Assembly: GCF_006345805.1 (NCBI RefSeq)
Contig: NC_042999.1
Span: 60,140,001 to 60,204,000 of the forward strand
From: Octopus sinensis
Taxonomy: Eukaryota
Length of the DNA: 64,000 bases
Direction of reading: 5' to 3'
The notes under the pieces are model-generated. The model was not told where the DNA came from. It did not search any database and worked only from the letters and a program-made list of their open reading frames with translations. Made by a program: the position numbers and the translations under genes. The first letter of the stretch is position 1; each line of letters starts with the position of its first letter. Shown piece by piece: positions 41,703 through 56,431 of this stretch.

Positions 41703-42065
41703 TATGTACATATTGGATAAAACGTGAATATAAATAACCATCGGTTGCAAATTTATCCGCCATGTTTTTGTTAGCTATATTACTACTCTCCACGATTATG
41801 GCTCGTAAGTGAAAGAACCAGTGTTCTTTACGGCATGCAGTTCAATGTATAAACGTGCCACACGGTTCTAGGTCGAAACCATTCAGTGGATGATAGAACG
41901 ATTCTTATGCTTCAGGCAGTATGAAACATATTTGTTTCTCATTATTGTTTGAAATATTTCTACGATCTATTTCATCTACGCTATTTCTTTTCGTTCAGCA
42001 CCCTTCCGTGTCTGCCTGTTAGTGTTTCACTGTCACTCTCCCTCTGTGTTAGTCTCCGTGTCAGA

Positions 42066-42167
<102 letters not shown>

Positions 42168-42197
42168 GTCTGTCTGTCTTATTGTCTGTCTGTCTGT

Positions 42198-42228
<31 letters not shown>

Positions 42229-43553
42229 TCTATCTCCATCTCTTCATTTATCTGTCACAGTAATCCATCCCTGATATAATCTTTCGAAAATCTTTGAGCT
42301 ATTTGAGAATCATTCTACCAACCAACCAACCAACCATGACTGAGTAGATCTCTGATCGAAGACGTTCTACTTGTGACCATCCCATCTTGTCCACATATAC
42401 TGAACGGTACCACACAGAAATTATTCGATTCACCTCGATACCAAACAAAAATAAATTGTGAATTTTACTATTAACCTGTTTTCGGTTTATTTAGAAGTCC
42501 ACCCGTTATTCTGCAGTGAAAGAAAGAGTCATCACGATATACCTTTTAGCAATATAAATACGTTTAACGAATTGATGTTAGCATCATTGTTAGTATTTTT
42601 TAAAGTATACCCCAGTGGTAGTAAATAAAGTCGTTAGTCATAGAAGTGATAGCAGTTTCAATGTTGAATAAGACCCATATTTTTCTATATGAAAGTAACG
42701 TTACAATTAAACAAAGAAACAAATTTACGAATATAACATTTACCGTTACAATTTGTACCCCCCCCCCCCAAAAAAAAAAAACCGGTTCTTCATCTTTTTC
42801 TAACATTGAACGACAACAGAAACTGATGGAGACAGCCATATTCTGGCAAAAATTAAACGTGTGAAAGATATGTGCTTGGATAGAAAGAGAAGTATTTGGG
42901 AACTCAAATTTTATCGAAGGAATGGCAAAATAGTTCTCACATGGCTTTGATAAATGAAATGGGAGGAACTCTATGCTTCCTAGACCGGAGAAAACGATCG
43001 TTGGATACTTTATGATATTTCATGAAAGAGTAATCAAAAGTGAAAACAGTACCTGTGCATTACTCTTCTGATTTTAGCTTAATTGCCACAGTATATGAAC
43101 ATTAGAAATATTCTAATGTAACATGAGAAAATGCCATGCCAGAGATATCGTCGTCGATGTGGACCTCTGGATAATTGCCATTTTGCAGCGGCATTATGGT
43201 TATTTAACTATTGTAGAGGTAATCTGCCACGACATGTAGTCTCTTGGGGTAAGCATGGTTATCAAGACTTTTCTATTTGTCCATCACTGTGGAGAAAGGG
43301 TTAAATAGACTGATAGTACAAATCTGAATCCATGTGCATTACGCATAGGTGTACGAACCGTATGAGAAACTAAGGCTTTAAAAAAAATGTTTGAAAATAA
43401 CGAAAGCAGGAGGATGATCGAAGCAAACAGCAGTTGAAGAAATATTGATAGTTGGTCCCAGAGATGCAAACGGCAGAAAGAAAAACTATGGCTTGAGGGC
43501 TGTTGTTGTTCTTTCTTCTGCAGCACGCCGGTTGTAAATATTTGAATAAAGCC

Positions 43554-43554
<1 letters not shown>

Positions 43555-43603
<49 letters not shown>

Positions 43604-43820
43604 TGTGTATCTGTGTTTGTCCACCCACCATCGCTTGACAACCAATGGTGGTGTGCTTACATCCCCGTAACTTAGCTTAGCGGCTCGAAAAAAGAGACCG
43701 ATAGAATAAGTACTAGGCTTACAAAGAATAAGTCCTGGGGTCAATTTGCTCGACTAAAGGCGGTGCTCCAGCATGACCGCAGTCAAATGACTGAAACAAA
43801 TAAAAGAGTAAAAGAGTAAA
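43555..43820 (+). mobile_element. SINE family A, tail half
   Basis: (TG)n followed by the tail. Confidence 0.8.
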
Positions 43821-43984
43821 ATCGTGAGGTACACCAATACTATTAAGGCAGCTGCTCTTACTGTTTTGTAGCTTAGTATCTATTGGATGTACACTAGATC
43901 TATTTTTCATCCTGTTTCTTTATATTGCCTTTTCCACTTCTCTTGTCCCACTTATTTTCAAACTCCTTTGTACGACATTATCTT

Positions 43985-44405
43985 TTCTACTCTAGGCACA
44001 AGACTCGAAATTTTGGGGGAGGTGGCCAGTCGATTACATCGACCCAAGTGCGCAACTGCTACTTAATTCATTGACCCCGAAAGGAGGAAAGGCAAAGTCG
44101 ACCTCGGCTGAACTCAGAACGTAAAGACGGACGAAATACCGCTAAGTATTTCGTCCGGCGTGCTAACGTTTCTTATTTCTTTATTGCCCACAAGGGGCTG
44201 CAGATAGAGGGGACAAACAAGGACAGACGAAGGGATTAAATCGATTACATCGACCCCAGTGCGTAACTGGTACTTAATTTATCGACCCCGAGGGGATGAA
44301 AGGCAAAGTCGACCTCGGCGGAATTTGAACTCAGAACGTAACGGCAGCCGAAATACAGCTAGGCATTTCGCCCGGCGTGCTAACGATACTGCCAGCTAGC
44401 TGCCT
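43985..44405 (-). mobile_element. SINE family B with two internal units
   Basis: Head, two units and tail. Confidence 0.85.
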
Positions 44406-46615
44406 TCCTTTGTATGACATGACATATACAACACTCTGAGGTCCTTGTGGCCAATAAGATGATAATTATCATGATTGGTAGCATTGACTGTTGCTGTGGA
44501 TACGTAAGTTTACAGAGTTCGCGTAGAAGGTGATTTCTTCAAGGGTTTACATGCCATTATGGTTTACTTTCCTTCTTTTTATTCGCAGCAAAAGGTTTCT
44601 GAATATTTGAATATGCCCCTACCCACATACACACAGCCATTAACCTGGTGCGGAACAAAATAAAGTTCACAGTAGCCTAAACAGCGTAAACAAACACGCC
44701 CCTTTACTATTTTCAAAGACGAAATTACTTAAGAAGACAAAAAAGAAACAGATAATTTGAAAATTAAACAAATAGACAGGGCTTCGAGCATAAACAATTA
44801 TGTACAATGAGAAAAAAGAAGCACACAAAGATTAATAGTTTTGAAAACATTAATTTAAATGAAAAAAAAAAAAGAACGCAAAATCATTACATACACTACG
44901 AACAATAATACAACAACCGCTGCCGCCACCAGCACTGCCGCCGCTGCTGCTACTACCACTAGCACCATAGCCACCACCACCGCTACCATCAGCATTTAAT
45001 CTCTTGCTAACATTGTAGGTCATACGGAACTCTTTCACTTCCCGGGCAACAAAGAAAGTGTGAAGGCGTTATAACGACAAAGATAAGTGCCTCGTTGCAA
45101 TGGTCTCTTTCTCTCCACCATCTTGCAGTAACAGAGAGATAGAGATATACCCCTGAAAGATGGCAAGTGTGCTGCTCCAAGTCCTTTATCAATTGTCACC
45201 TATCAACGTGTAGAATATCACCAACTTCACAGTCGTTCATATTGATAACGAGAACCTGGTGGATCTATCGAGTAATCTAAATTGGAAAAGAAAAGGAATG
45301 GTGCTGGTTGAGGATGAGATATAGGTGACGAATTCACCGAACAAGCAAAATGATTGGCTGTTGAAGAAAACGAAAACCAAACCAGAGACTATATAGAGTA
45401 CAAGATCTTAACCTGGGCAGAAGCAGTCCCTTGAGGGCATTGTGAGGTCATAAGAGTAAATAAAATGTTAAGAAATCCCATGTGTCGCGACTGGGTTTTT
45501 GAGAGGTAAGGATCTTTGATAGGCTAATATATCTACCTAGGTACACTTATTAAACACCTTTAAAAAATTTTTTGTCGGAATTAAACTGTAAATAGAGTGT
45601 TGTGTCGTCAGTGGGCAAAAACATGTCTGAGTCATGCGTATAACTTCGAAACTATTATTTAAAGTGGTAAATGCAATGATTTGGCAGAACCGTTAAAGTG
45701 TCAGAGAAGAAAGCTTAGCAGTATTTCTTCCGAGCCTTTACATTCAAGTTCAATTCCAACTGAGGTCAACTTTGGCTTTCTTACTTTCGAAATCGATAAA
45801 ATAAAGTACTTGGGTACAGGGGTCGATGATATCGACTAGCACACTCTGCCCTCAAATTTCCTGTTTTGCGCCGCTCTATATAAGAAGTAGATAATATTGT
45901 TGTTATCTCGGAATCTGTCAAAGACGGTAGGGCAGCAGGATCACAAGAACGTCGGAAAAAGAATGCGAATCGGTGATTCCTTTGACTCTTTATATTCTGA
46001 TTTCAAATGCCGCCGAGGTCAGCTTTGGCTTTCATTCCCCCGGGGCCAATCAAATAAAGTCCAGCTCATGTACTAGGTGGATGATACGGTATATTAGCAT
46101 TTCGCCAGATTGATTTACTGGCATTTGTGCCTTAAGGTGAGAGATTGGTCGAATCGTTAAGGCGAATCAAGATGCTTGCTTGACGGCATTTGTTCCACTT
46201 CATTACGTCCGGGTTTCAAATAACAGAAATCAACTTTATCAGTCAAACAGTAGGGTCATATATTCGACCATCTCCAGTTGCAGCTAAATTTCTGGTCTTG
46301 GCCTTGTACCTACATTAGAAGCAAAATTTATTAGAAGTGGTACTAGTAGTAGTAGCACTAGTAGCAGTAGCTTCATTTAATTATATTTACAAATAACGAT
46401 TATTTGTTGTTACCCACCAAATTGGATATAATGATGATGCCGGCTACAGCGTTGATGATATCGTTGACGACGATAATTATAACGATACCGGTAATAATAC
46501 ATAAGAATACTACTAAATCACTTCATTGGATAGAGTTATTGACACTAATGAAAGCCATTTATTCTTATCAACGTAACTGCACTAATATTAATAACAACAA
46601 CAGTAATAAATAAAT

Positions 46616-46653
<38 letters not shown>

Positions 46654-46969
46654 ATGTTCGGAAAGAGAAACAAGCCTTCGGTTTTGGTTCAAGATAATTA
46701 TATACATGCATGTATATATATATAATATATATGTCAATAAGTATATATATAATATATATGTATATATATATATGTATGCATATATATATATATATATGCA
46801 AACACACACACGCGCATATATATATATATATATGCACAAATATATACACATATATATATACACACACACCCATATATATGTACATACATATGTATATACA
46901 TACATATATATATATATACATACATACATACATACATATATATATATAGATAAATATACACGCATATAT

Positions 46970-47014
<45 letters not shown>

Positions 47015-47027
47015 TACACGCATATAT

Positions 47028-47064
<37 letters not shown>

Positions 47065-47482
47065 CATACATATATATATAGACATATATATACACGCATA
47101 TATATATATATATCTGTATATGTGTGCGTACATTTATATATATTTGTATCTATCTTTCTCTCTCTCTCTCTATATATATATATATACACCTACATGCATA
47201 CACATATTCATGTGTTATGTATTTATACACATGTAGACACACAAAACGTCCCTCACCCTCCTGTTGTTGCCTCATCTCGATACACTGTTTATGATACAGC
47301 TTATAATTAAGATTAATAACTTCTATGATCGTCTGAACGGTGCCAAACTACTATCATCTATTATCGCTTAAGTTAGCTTAGCCTAGGAGAGGCGATAGAT
47401 GGAGGAGGAGGAAGAGAAGGAGAACATATATGAAGTGGGAGGTAGCTGATAAGATGGAATGAAAGAGAGAGTAAACCTAATG

Positions 47483-47522
<40 letters not shown>

Positions 47523-47789
47523 TGATGATCATGATGATGATGGTGATGATGATAATAATAATCTTAATATAATAAGGGTAATGGTAAAGGGAAGGAGAAA
47601 AAATCGAAGACTCTACAAAGGTCAACCAATGTTAAATATGTCACACTGAATTCTACGAAGGATGGAGAAAAACAAGCACTACTGTCATGGTAACCGTGAC
47701 TCAAAGAACATACGTAAACCCTTCCCCTCCACCATACACACGCGTGCACGAGTATATAGGCGTGTACACACTAACACAAACTAATACAT

Positions 47790-48088
47790 ACATACTCCTT
47801 TAGTTGTTTCAGTCATTTGACTGCGGCCATGCTGCAGCACTGCCTTTAGTCGAGCAAATTGACTTCAGGACTTATTCTTTGTAAGCCTAGTACTTATTCT
47901 ATCGGACACTTTTGCCGAACCGCCAAGTTACGGGGACGTAAACACACCAGCATTGGTTATCAAGCAATATTGAGGGGACAAACACAGACACACAAACACA
48001 CACACACACACACCACACACACACACACAACACACACAACACACACACACCACACACACACACACACACACACCACACACACACACAC

Positions 48089-48128
<40 letters not shown>

Positions 48129-48295
48129 TACATATATACGACGGGCTACTTTCAGTTTCAGTCTACTAAATCCACTCACAAGACTTTGGTCGGCCCGAGG
48201 CTATAGTAGAAGACACTTGCCTAAGGTGCCACGCAGTGTGACTGAACCCGGAACCATGTGGTTGGTAAGCAAGCTACTTACCACACAGCCACTCA
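47790..48295 (-). mobile_element. SINE family A
   Basis: Head and tail match; expanded (CA)n interior. Another internally deleted copy lies at 49085-49295. Confidence 0.85.
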
Positions 48296-49881
48296 TACAT
48301 ACATACACATACATACATACATGCATACATACATACATACATACATACGCGCATAGGCGTTTCCTTTGTCTCTATGCATCTCTCTTTGTAGCTTTCTCTC
48401 ATGCATCCAGGCACAGTCAAATAAAGGAAACCACATTTAAGAATAATGGGGTATCTCTTTGTGTAAGGGTCTCACTTACGTACAGTGGCCCGGTGAAAGA
48501 CTTCGATAAACTGACATTTTCCATATACTTATAAGGAGTGTTTAAAAGCTAAAATCGGGAAGGAAAGGTAACTTCGATAACATTAGTTTCAAATTTTGGA
48601 ACAAGGCCAAATGGTTAAGTCAATTACATCGACCCTAATGCTCGACTGGTACTTAATCTTATATCATTTGCCATAAAGGCAGTGCACAGATATGTAGCTT
48701 TGCGGGCTGAACGAGACATTAATGATGCGAATGATAATAATACAAGATGATAAAGATGGGAGAAGACAGAAAACGCCCGCCGACCCTCTGCATCTCTTAA
48801 TGCTCGACTGGTAATTAACAACCTCGAAAGGATGAAAAGTAAAGTTGATCTCGGCGGATTTTGAAGTCAGAAAGAAGATAAAGAAGGACAAAATATTACT
48901 AAGCATTTCATCCGGCGTGCTAGCGATTCTGCTAGCTCGTCACTCTGATAACTTCCATAACAATGGTTTCAAATTTTAGCACAAGACCAGTAAATTCGGA
49001 GAAGGGTTAAGTCGTTTACATAGACTCCTGGGTCCTGCTAGTACTTATTTTATCGACCCTGCCACCTAAAGATGAAGGGTAAACTTTTTTTTTACTCTTT
49101 TCACCTGTTTCAGTCATTTGACTGTGGCCATGATGGAGCACCGCCTTTTAGTCTAGCAAATCCACCCCAGGACATATTCTTTGGTCGGCCCGAGGCTATA
49201 GCAGAATACACATGTCCAAGGTGCCACGCAATGCGACTGAATCCGGAACCATGTGGTTCGTAAGCAAGCTAATTACCACACAGCCACTCCTGCATGTATG
49301 TATGTATATGACGCACCACTTGCGAACTTCTTTGTCCTAAAAATCGAAACAGTTACTTCTTTAGTGTGTTGATTAAAGGTAAATATCCCGTTTGTTATAT
49401 TCCTTATTGTTGTCTCAGTCGGTACCTTCCCGCAACCACCTATTCATGTAGAATTCTTGAGCTTATATCATTAAATACAAAATCTTCTAAAGCTGTAGAG
49501 TCGATTCGCTATTTTAATAGCTCTTCAGAAATATTGGAAAAAAAAAAGGGATTTAATGTCAATTTGTTTATAGTAAAAACATTAGCGCAAATGAAAAACA
49601 CATAAGCAACTGATAAGAAAAACGTGGCCACCTCTCCTGTCTTCTATTTTCTTAACTGTTTTTTTTTATATTATGTTACTTTTGTGATTTTCTTACCGAT
49701 ATTTTTGTTGCCTTTTTGAATATAACTACAATGAGACTAAGTATATTCTCAGTATTTTTCAAGAGTTTACTGCCCGTAAGATATTGTTGATTATTTACTC
49801 ATACACGCACGCACACATACATACATACGAACGCACGCATGCGCTCATCATAACAGACCGATAGTTTAAACACGCCAACAA

Positions 49882-49928
<47 letters not shown>

Positions 49929-49930
49929 CA

Positions 49931-52001
49931 TAAGAAAATAGTAAAGTGTGAAAAAACGACAGAAGGCTTAAATGTTAAAAAATATATATATTTGTGTCAA
50001 AATGTCTGGAGAATATTGGAAAAAGTTTTTTTCCCTTTCCTTAAAATGACATAATTTAAAAAATTTTTTAAGAAATTACCGGTTTCGCGTGTAGCTTTTC
50101 AATTTCTTGTGACGTTATGTTTATATTGCATGGAATTATCGTTGTTTTTATTTCAGGAGATTTCTAAATAAGGGGAGGTAGTGAGTGATTTTTTCCGGTG
50201 TAGGGGAGATAATCGCTTAAAAATTTTTTTTCCCTTTTCCTTGTTAATTTCTCTGTGTCAGTATGTTCGGATGGTTGAGTCTGGGTTTGTACTTTTCAAT
50301 GAAGAATGTTTCCTTGTTCAGTCTCATTTGTGTTGATGATCCGAAAGCACATTGGTAAAATGGGAAGATTAAAAATTGTGGCAGTAGTTGCTTTGCGCAT
50401 TTCTCAATGTGCTCACTAAAAGGTATCATTCTATATTCTGGGAATGCAATCTGTTGTCGATGCAGTGTGCATCTGCGCCTGAGTGATAGTCCCGTGGAGC
50501 CCACGTAGTCTTGGTGGCAGCCCGAGCATTTATAACAAAATTATGTTTTCAGAGGCACAAGTAAAGTTAGATTTGATCTTAAATTTCTGTCCCTCTTTAA
50601 AGAAGAATTCTGATCCTTCCAATAGGTTAGGACATGTTGCACAGTTCGATCTACCACATTTTTTTACTTTTCTTTTACTTTTGCATCCGTATTTTAGAAG
50701 ACAATTTTGCCTTTGTGAGAATCTTTTTAAGTGATTTAGGCTGTTTGTAGCTTTTAATGATTTGGTGTATGTTTAGAATTTCCTTTAATTTTGGGTTTTT
50801 ATGAAGTATTGGTAAATTCTGGGTGATGATGGTGAAGGCTTCTTGTTTCTGGGGTTGTATGTAGATATGTAAGGTAGTATTTTCGGGGAAGGTGTGTTGT
50901 TGTGTGTTGAACTTTTCTTAAAGTTTCTATGTTGATTTCTGTTGCACGTCTGATCCCATCCTCTATGAGTTGAGCTGGGTAATGTCTGTCAATTAGGTGT
51001 TTTTGAGTTCTTGCAGTCTAAAGTTCCTGGTATTTTGTTCTGACACTATTGTGCATATCCTTCTTGCAAGGTTGAAGGGGATGTTTGTTTTAGTGTGTCT
51101 TGGGTGGCATGAATTAAAAGAAGGTATTGTTTGGCGTCTGTGGCTTTGTAAAAAATGTCTGTTTCTATTTTAAGGTTAATTTTTTAATTAGTATATCCAA
51201 GAACGGGAGCTCCTTTTGGTTGTATTCCATTGTGAACTGTATATTTGGGTTTATGCTGTTCAATAGGTTTTTAAATTTTAGGAGTTTATCTATGTTTTTT
51301 TCCAGAGAAATGAAACAATCGTCTAGGAATCGTTTCCAATTCTCTTTTATGTATTGAGAGAGGGAGTTTCCAAAGATTGATAGAGATTCCTGGTAAATGA
51401 TTATTTCCATGTATCCCATTGTTAAGTTCGCAATGACTGGTGCTGCCCTTGTACCCATAGCAATTCCGGATTTTTGACGGTAAAATGTATTGTCAAACAT
51501 GAAGTGGTTATTGTGTAGGATGAATTCAATTGATTTAGTAATGAATTCCTTACTGATCCTTTGGTATTTCTTCCGGAAATTGGTCTAACCAGAATTGTAT
51601 GCCTCCAGTCATAATTATGAGGTATACTGGTATACAGGTTGACTACATCAAATGAACCAGGATTGTTTCTTCTTGTTTTTTTTGGGGGTGGTTTTAACAA
51701 TCTAAGTCATCTCTGATTTGGCTATCGATATGTTTAAGGAAGGGTTTCAAGAGGATGTCCATAAGTAGACTTAGTCTGTGTGTTTCACAGGTTGGGCCAG
51801 CTACAATGGTCGTAGTTTTAGGTCCCCCGGATTAGTGTGTGTATGTATGTCTTTGGTGATTTTTAATGGTTTCATTTATAATTTGACTTTTATGATTTTT
51901 GGCAGACCATAGAAAAGGCTAGGTTTGCATTTAAAGTTTGTTAGGAAATCAATCTCTTTGGTTGTCAGTTCCTTTTCATGGGTTTTAATTAGTGAAGATA
52001 G
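49931..52001 (-). mobile_element. Inverted duplicate of the 3' 2.07 kb of the Neptune-type PLE (RT, GIY-YIG, 3' UTR)
   Basis: Reverse complement of 52984-55052; ORF 51165..51500 GIAMGTRAAP...WKRFLDDCF; ORF 50244..50504 is the GIY-YIG C-terminus. Confidence 0.9.
50070..50108 (-). ncRNA. Minimal type I hammerhead ribozyme motif (U3:A8 variant), inverted copy
   Basis: AAGAAA-UUGAAAA-GCUACACGC-GAA-ACCGGU-A-AUUUCUU; palindromic stem III intact; one U missing from the stem I/core junction. Confidence 0.55.
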
Positions 52002-55000
52002 ACCTAACAGGGAACTAGCTGAAAGAGGACGCGTCTATGAAAGAAATTACACCAACAAAAACAGAACAAACCAACAACATCCTAATACCAGACCCAACCA
52101 CCATACAGCACAATACGACACTAGGATAAGAATACACCACACACAAATCACTACTACCCCTACACCATGAACCAAAACTACTGGTCCCCACTAAACACAA
52201 GACAAACGCAAAGAAACACTATGTCAAGCAACATCCCACATACAAGAAGTTCGAAACAAAAATATTCCCCATACAGAAATTTTACACACACCACAAGCAT
52301 TAACAACCATAGATTCCCCCACACACACAACGATCGGAGGCAACAATACCACCACTCCCCCCCCGACCAAATACCACACAACCTCACAGACAACTCATAC
52401 AAACAAAATTACACCCAACATTTTTTAGCCAGGGACCAGGGACACCAGGACACAGGCTGGAACCTAGTAATAAGGAAAAACCGAAATAATCAATCTTTCA
52501 ACCAACCTCTTTCTAACATAAAAATGACATCCTCGCAAAAGGGCTCAAATTTACACCAACTCCACGCAGAGCAAACCTAAATGAACTCAAGGATAATATA
52601 ACAGAATTTTGCAGAAAATTAAGACTAGCAGAAGCATCAAACAGTTTCAATACTGAAGATGAATCACTAGTCAAGAACAAAAGTGAACACATCCCACACA
52701 GAGGAAAAAAATAAAGATCTTGACGAATTCTGTAACCACATTGAGAACTTCCCCTACCATACTATACATAAACAGAAAGCTAACCCAATTTTAACACTAC
52801 ACAATGGAAAGAACTGATAGAACTCCAAAATGATGAAGATATAACCATTAAGGAAGCGGACAAGGGAAATGCAGTTGTAATAATGGATACATCATACTAC
52901 AGAAATCTTGTAATTTCCTTGCTTGATGAAGACCTACATTATGAAAAAATTACCAACTACACCCCACAGAAAATAATGAAAAATCTATCTTCACTAATTA
53001 AAACCCATGAAAAGGAACTGACAACCAAAGAGATTGATTTCCTAACAAACTTTAAATGCAAACCTAGCCTTTTCTATGGTCTGCCAAAAATTCATAAAAG
53101 TCAAATTATAAATGAAACCATTAAAAAATCACCAAAGACATACATACACACACCTAATCGGGGGACCTAAAACTACGACCCATTGTAGCTGGCCCAACCT
53201 GTGAAACACACAGACTAAGTCTACTTATGGACATCCTCTTGAAACCCTTCCTTAAACATATCGATAGCCATATCAGAGATGACTTAGATATGTTAACCAC
53301 CTCCCAAAAAAAACAAAGAAAAAACAATCCTGGTTTCATTTGATGTAGTCAACCTGTATACCAGTATACCTCATAATTATGGACTGGAGGCAATACAATT
53401 CTGGTTAGACCAATTTCCGGAAGAAATACCAAAAAGGATCAGTAAGGAATTCATTACTAAATCAATTGAATTCATCCTACACAATAACCACTTCATGTTT
53501 GACAATACATTTTACCGTCAAAAATCCGGATTGCTATGGGTACAAGGGCAGCACCAGTCATTGCGAACTTAACAATGGGATACATGGAAATAATCATTTA
53601 CCAGGAATCTCTATCAATCTTTGGAAACTCCCTCTCTCAATACATAAAAGAGAATTGGAAACGATTCCTAGACGATTGTTTCTTCTCTGGAATGAAAACA
53701 TAGATAAACTCCTAAAATTAAAAACCTATTGAACAGCATAAACCCAAATATACAGTTCACAATGGAATACAACCAAAAGGAGCTCCCGTTCTTGGATATA
53801 CTAATTAAAAAAATTAACCTTAAAATAGAAACAGACATTTTTTACAAAGCCACAGACGCCAAACAATACCTTCTTTTTAATTCATGCCACCCAAGACACA
53901 CTAAAACAAACATCCCCTTCAACCTTGCAAGAAGGATATGCACAATAGTGTCAGAACAAAATACCAGGAACTTTAGACTGCAAGAACTCAAAAACACCCT
54001 AATTGACAGACATTACCCAGCTCAACTCATAGAGGATGGGATCAGACGTGCAACAGAAATCAACATAGAAACTTTAAGAAAATTTCAACAACAACACACA
54101 CCTTCCCCGAAAATACTACCTTACATATCTACATACAACCCCAGAAACAAAGAAGCCTTCACCATCATCACCCAGAATTTACCAATACTTCATAAAAACC
54201 CCAAATTAAAGGAAATTCTAAACATACACCAAATCATTAAAAGCTACAAACAGCCTAAATCACTTAAAAAGATTCTCACAAAGGCAAAATTGTCTTCTAA
54301 AATTACGGATGCAAAAGTAAAAAAATGTGGTAGATCGAACTGTGCAACATGTCCTAACCTATTGGAAGGATCAGAATTCTTCTTTAAAGGGGACAGAAAT
54401 TAAGATCAAATCTAACTTTACTTGTGCCTCTGAAAACATAATTTATGTTATTAAATGCTCGGGCTGCCACCAAGACTACGTGGGCCCACGGGACTATTAC
54501 TCAGGCGCAGATGCACACTGCATCGACAACAGATTGCATTCCAGATTATAGAATGATACCTTTTAGTGAGCACATTGAGAAATGCGCAAAGCAACTACTA
54601 CTGCCACAATTTTAATCTTCCCATTTTACCAATGTGCTTTCGGATCATCAACACAAATGAGACTGAACAAGGAAACATTCTTCATTGAAAAGTACAAACC
54701 CAGACTCAACCATCCGAACATACTGACACAGAGAAATTAACAAGGAAAAGGGAAAAAAAATTTTTAAGCGATTATCTCCCCCTACACCGGAAAAATCACT
54801 CACTACCTCCCCTTATTTAGAAATCTCCTGGAAATAAAAACAACGATAATTCCATGCAATATAAACATAACGTCACAAGAAATTTGAAAAGCTACACGCG
54901 AAACCGTAATTTCTTTAAATTTTTTTAATTATGTCATTTTAAGGAAAGGGAAAAAAACTTTTTCCAATATTCTCCAGACATTTTGACACAAATATATATA

Positions 55001-55052
55001 TTTTTTAACATTTAAGCCTTCTGTCGTTTTTTCACACTTTACTATTTTCTTA
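52002..55052 (+). mobile_element. Penelope-like element, Neptune-type (5'-truncated; RT plus Cys-rich linker plus GIY-YIG endonuclease), frameshifted
   Basis: AKGLKFTPTP, FCRKLRL, KEADKGNAVVIMD, FYGLPKIHK, LRPIVAGP, FDVVNLYTSIP, RFLDD, ELPFLDILI, YLLFNSCHPRHTKTNIPFNLARRI, CGRSNCATC..FTCASENIIYVIKCSGCHQDYVG. The clade call rests on the CxxxxCxxC linker before GIY-YIG. Confidence 0.9.
54877..54915 (+). ncRNA. Minimal type I hammerhead ribozyme motif (U3:A8 variant)
   Basis: AAGAAAU-UUGAAAA-GC(UACAC)GC-GAA-ACCGU-A-AUUUCUU; 7-bp stem I perfect; one G missing from stem III relative to the twin copy. Confidence 0.6.
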
Positions 55053-55869
55053 TATATTCACCCACGTGCTTTACCAAACAAACTTTCTTATCTATATATA
55101 CATATATATACTTTATTTAAAAGCAGCAGAAAATTCACTGTGTTTTGTGATAGGATTTTATTTTGAATTCCAAGAATAATGCACCCCATGAGTTTCTCTA
55201 CTGTTTTCGTCTGTCGAACCTTCCTGACAAGACAAGCGTCACTCCGAAGCTATAGAAAATGATATTTAGCCACGATTCCCCGCACTGTGATCGAATCCAG
55301 CATATCATGCTCTTGAAGCCAACTTCATAACACTTTTCCCATTCAGAAATACTGTACCCCACTACACACACACACACAAACACACCACACACCCACGTAT
55401 CTGTATGTATATGTAATTCAATATTTTAATGAAGGGAAGAAATTTCGAGCCTTTCAGTATCTGACAGTAGTCACCCTGATGGCACAGTTGGAGTTGATCA
55501 AGTTTTGGCTTGCATCCTAACGGCAACAAGGCACAGTTCTTCCTTTACAAATCTCATGATAGCTTTTACCATGGTTTCGTTGGTGGGAAATATGCAAAAG
55601 GTCGCCAAACAAAACCCACCTTGCTTACTTCAGTTGGTTTGCAATGAGTCAGCCATCATTGGCTACTGCTCTACCCGTCAGTATAGAAACAGTTGTTTCC
55701 GAAACAAATGTTCAAAATGCTTTCTTTCTTATTGGGTTTACAAACTAGATTCACATTCGCTAGGCGGCTAACCTCTATAATAACAGTACATATATGATTT
55801 CATGCATCTCCGTACGTATGCATGTATATATGTTTGTATCTATTCATGTATGCATGCATATTATATATA

Positions 55870-56431
55870 TATATATATACACTACATATGTAGAAAGTCG
55901 GTGTGTGTTTGTGGCGTTGTTATCTAACTCCTTCTTCATAATTTTATTGATTTTGATGAAACTTGGCACATGAGTAGAACTTATGTCTGGAAACCTCATG
56001 ACATGCTTAGATTGTTGAAAATATCGGTAATACGCCCCCTGGAAGGGATCTTTATATCTACCCCATATAACTAATTCGTTTTTTTAAACACCCATGGGAA
56101 ATAGCCCATAGCCCCTGCATAATATATTTTTTTTAAAAACAGACATGAGAAATAATACATAGCACCTACACTTTATTTGAATTCTTAATATCGGGTAATT
56201 AATTTCATGTCATTACATAACCGACTTCACAATTTGGGTATTCATAATTTATTGAAAATTCCTAAAAAACAAAATCCTGTGTAAGACAGTTCGGTATTCT
56301 CAATAAATGCACAAAAACCGTTTTAAGGGCTACATACTTTGCATTGTTGTTACTGGATAAGCGAAACAATTATGAGAACAGAACCAAGGGATAAGCCCCA
56401 CTTTCCCGGGAATTACCGGGTACATCATCTA

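Noticed and set aside
45005-45140. Acceptor-like CTAAC..TGTAG at about 45018 and donor-like GTAAGT at about 44484
   Set aside because: All frames close quickly or give no recognisable peptide; isolated splice-like motifs are expected by chance.
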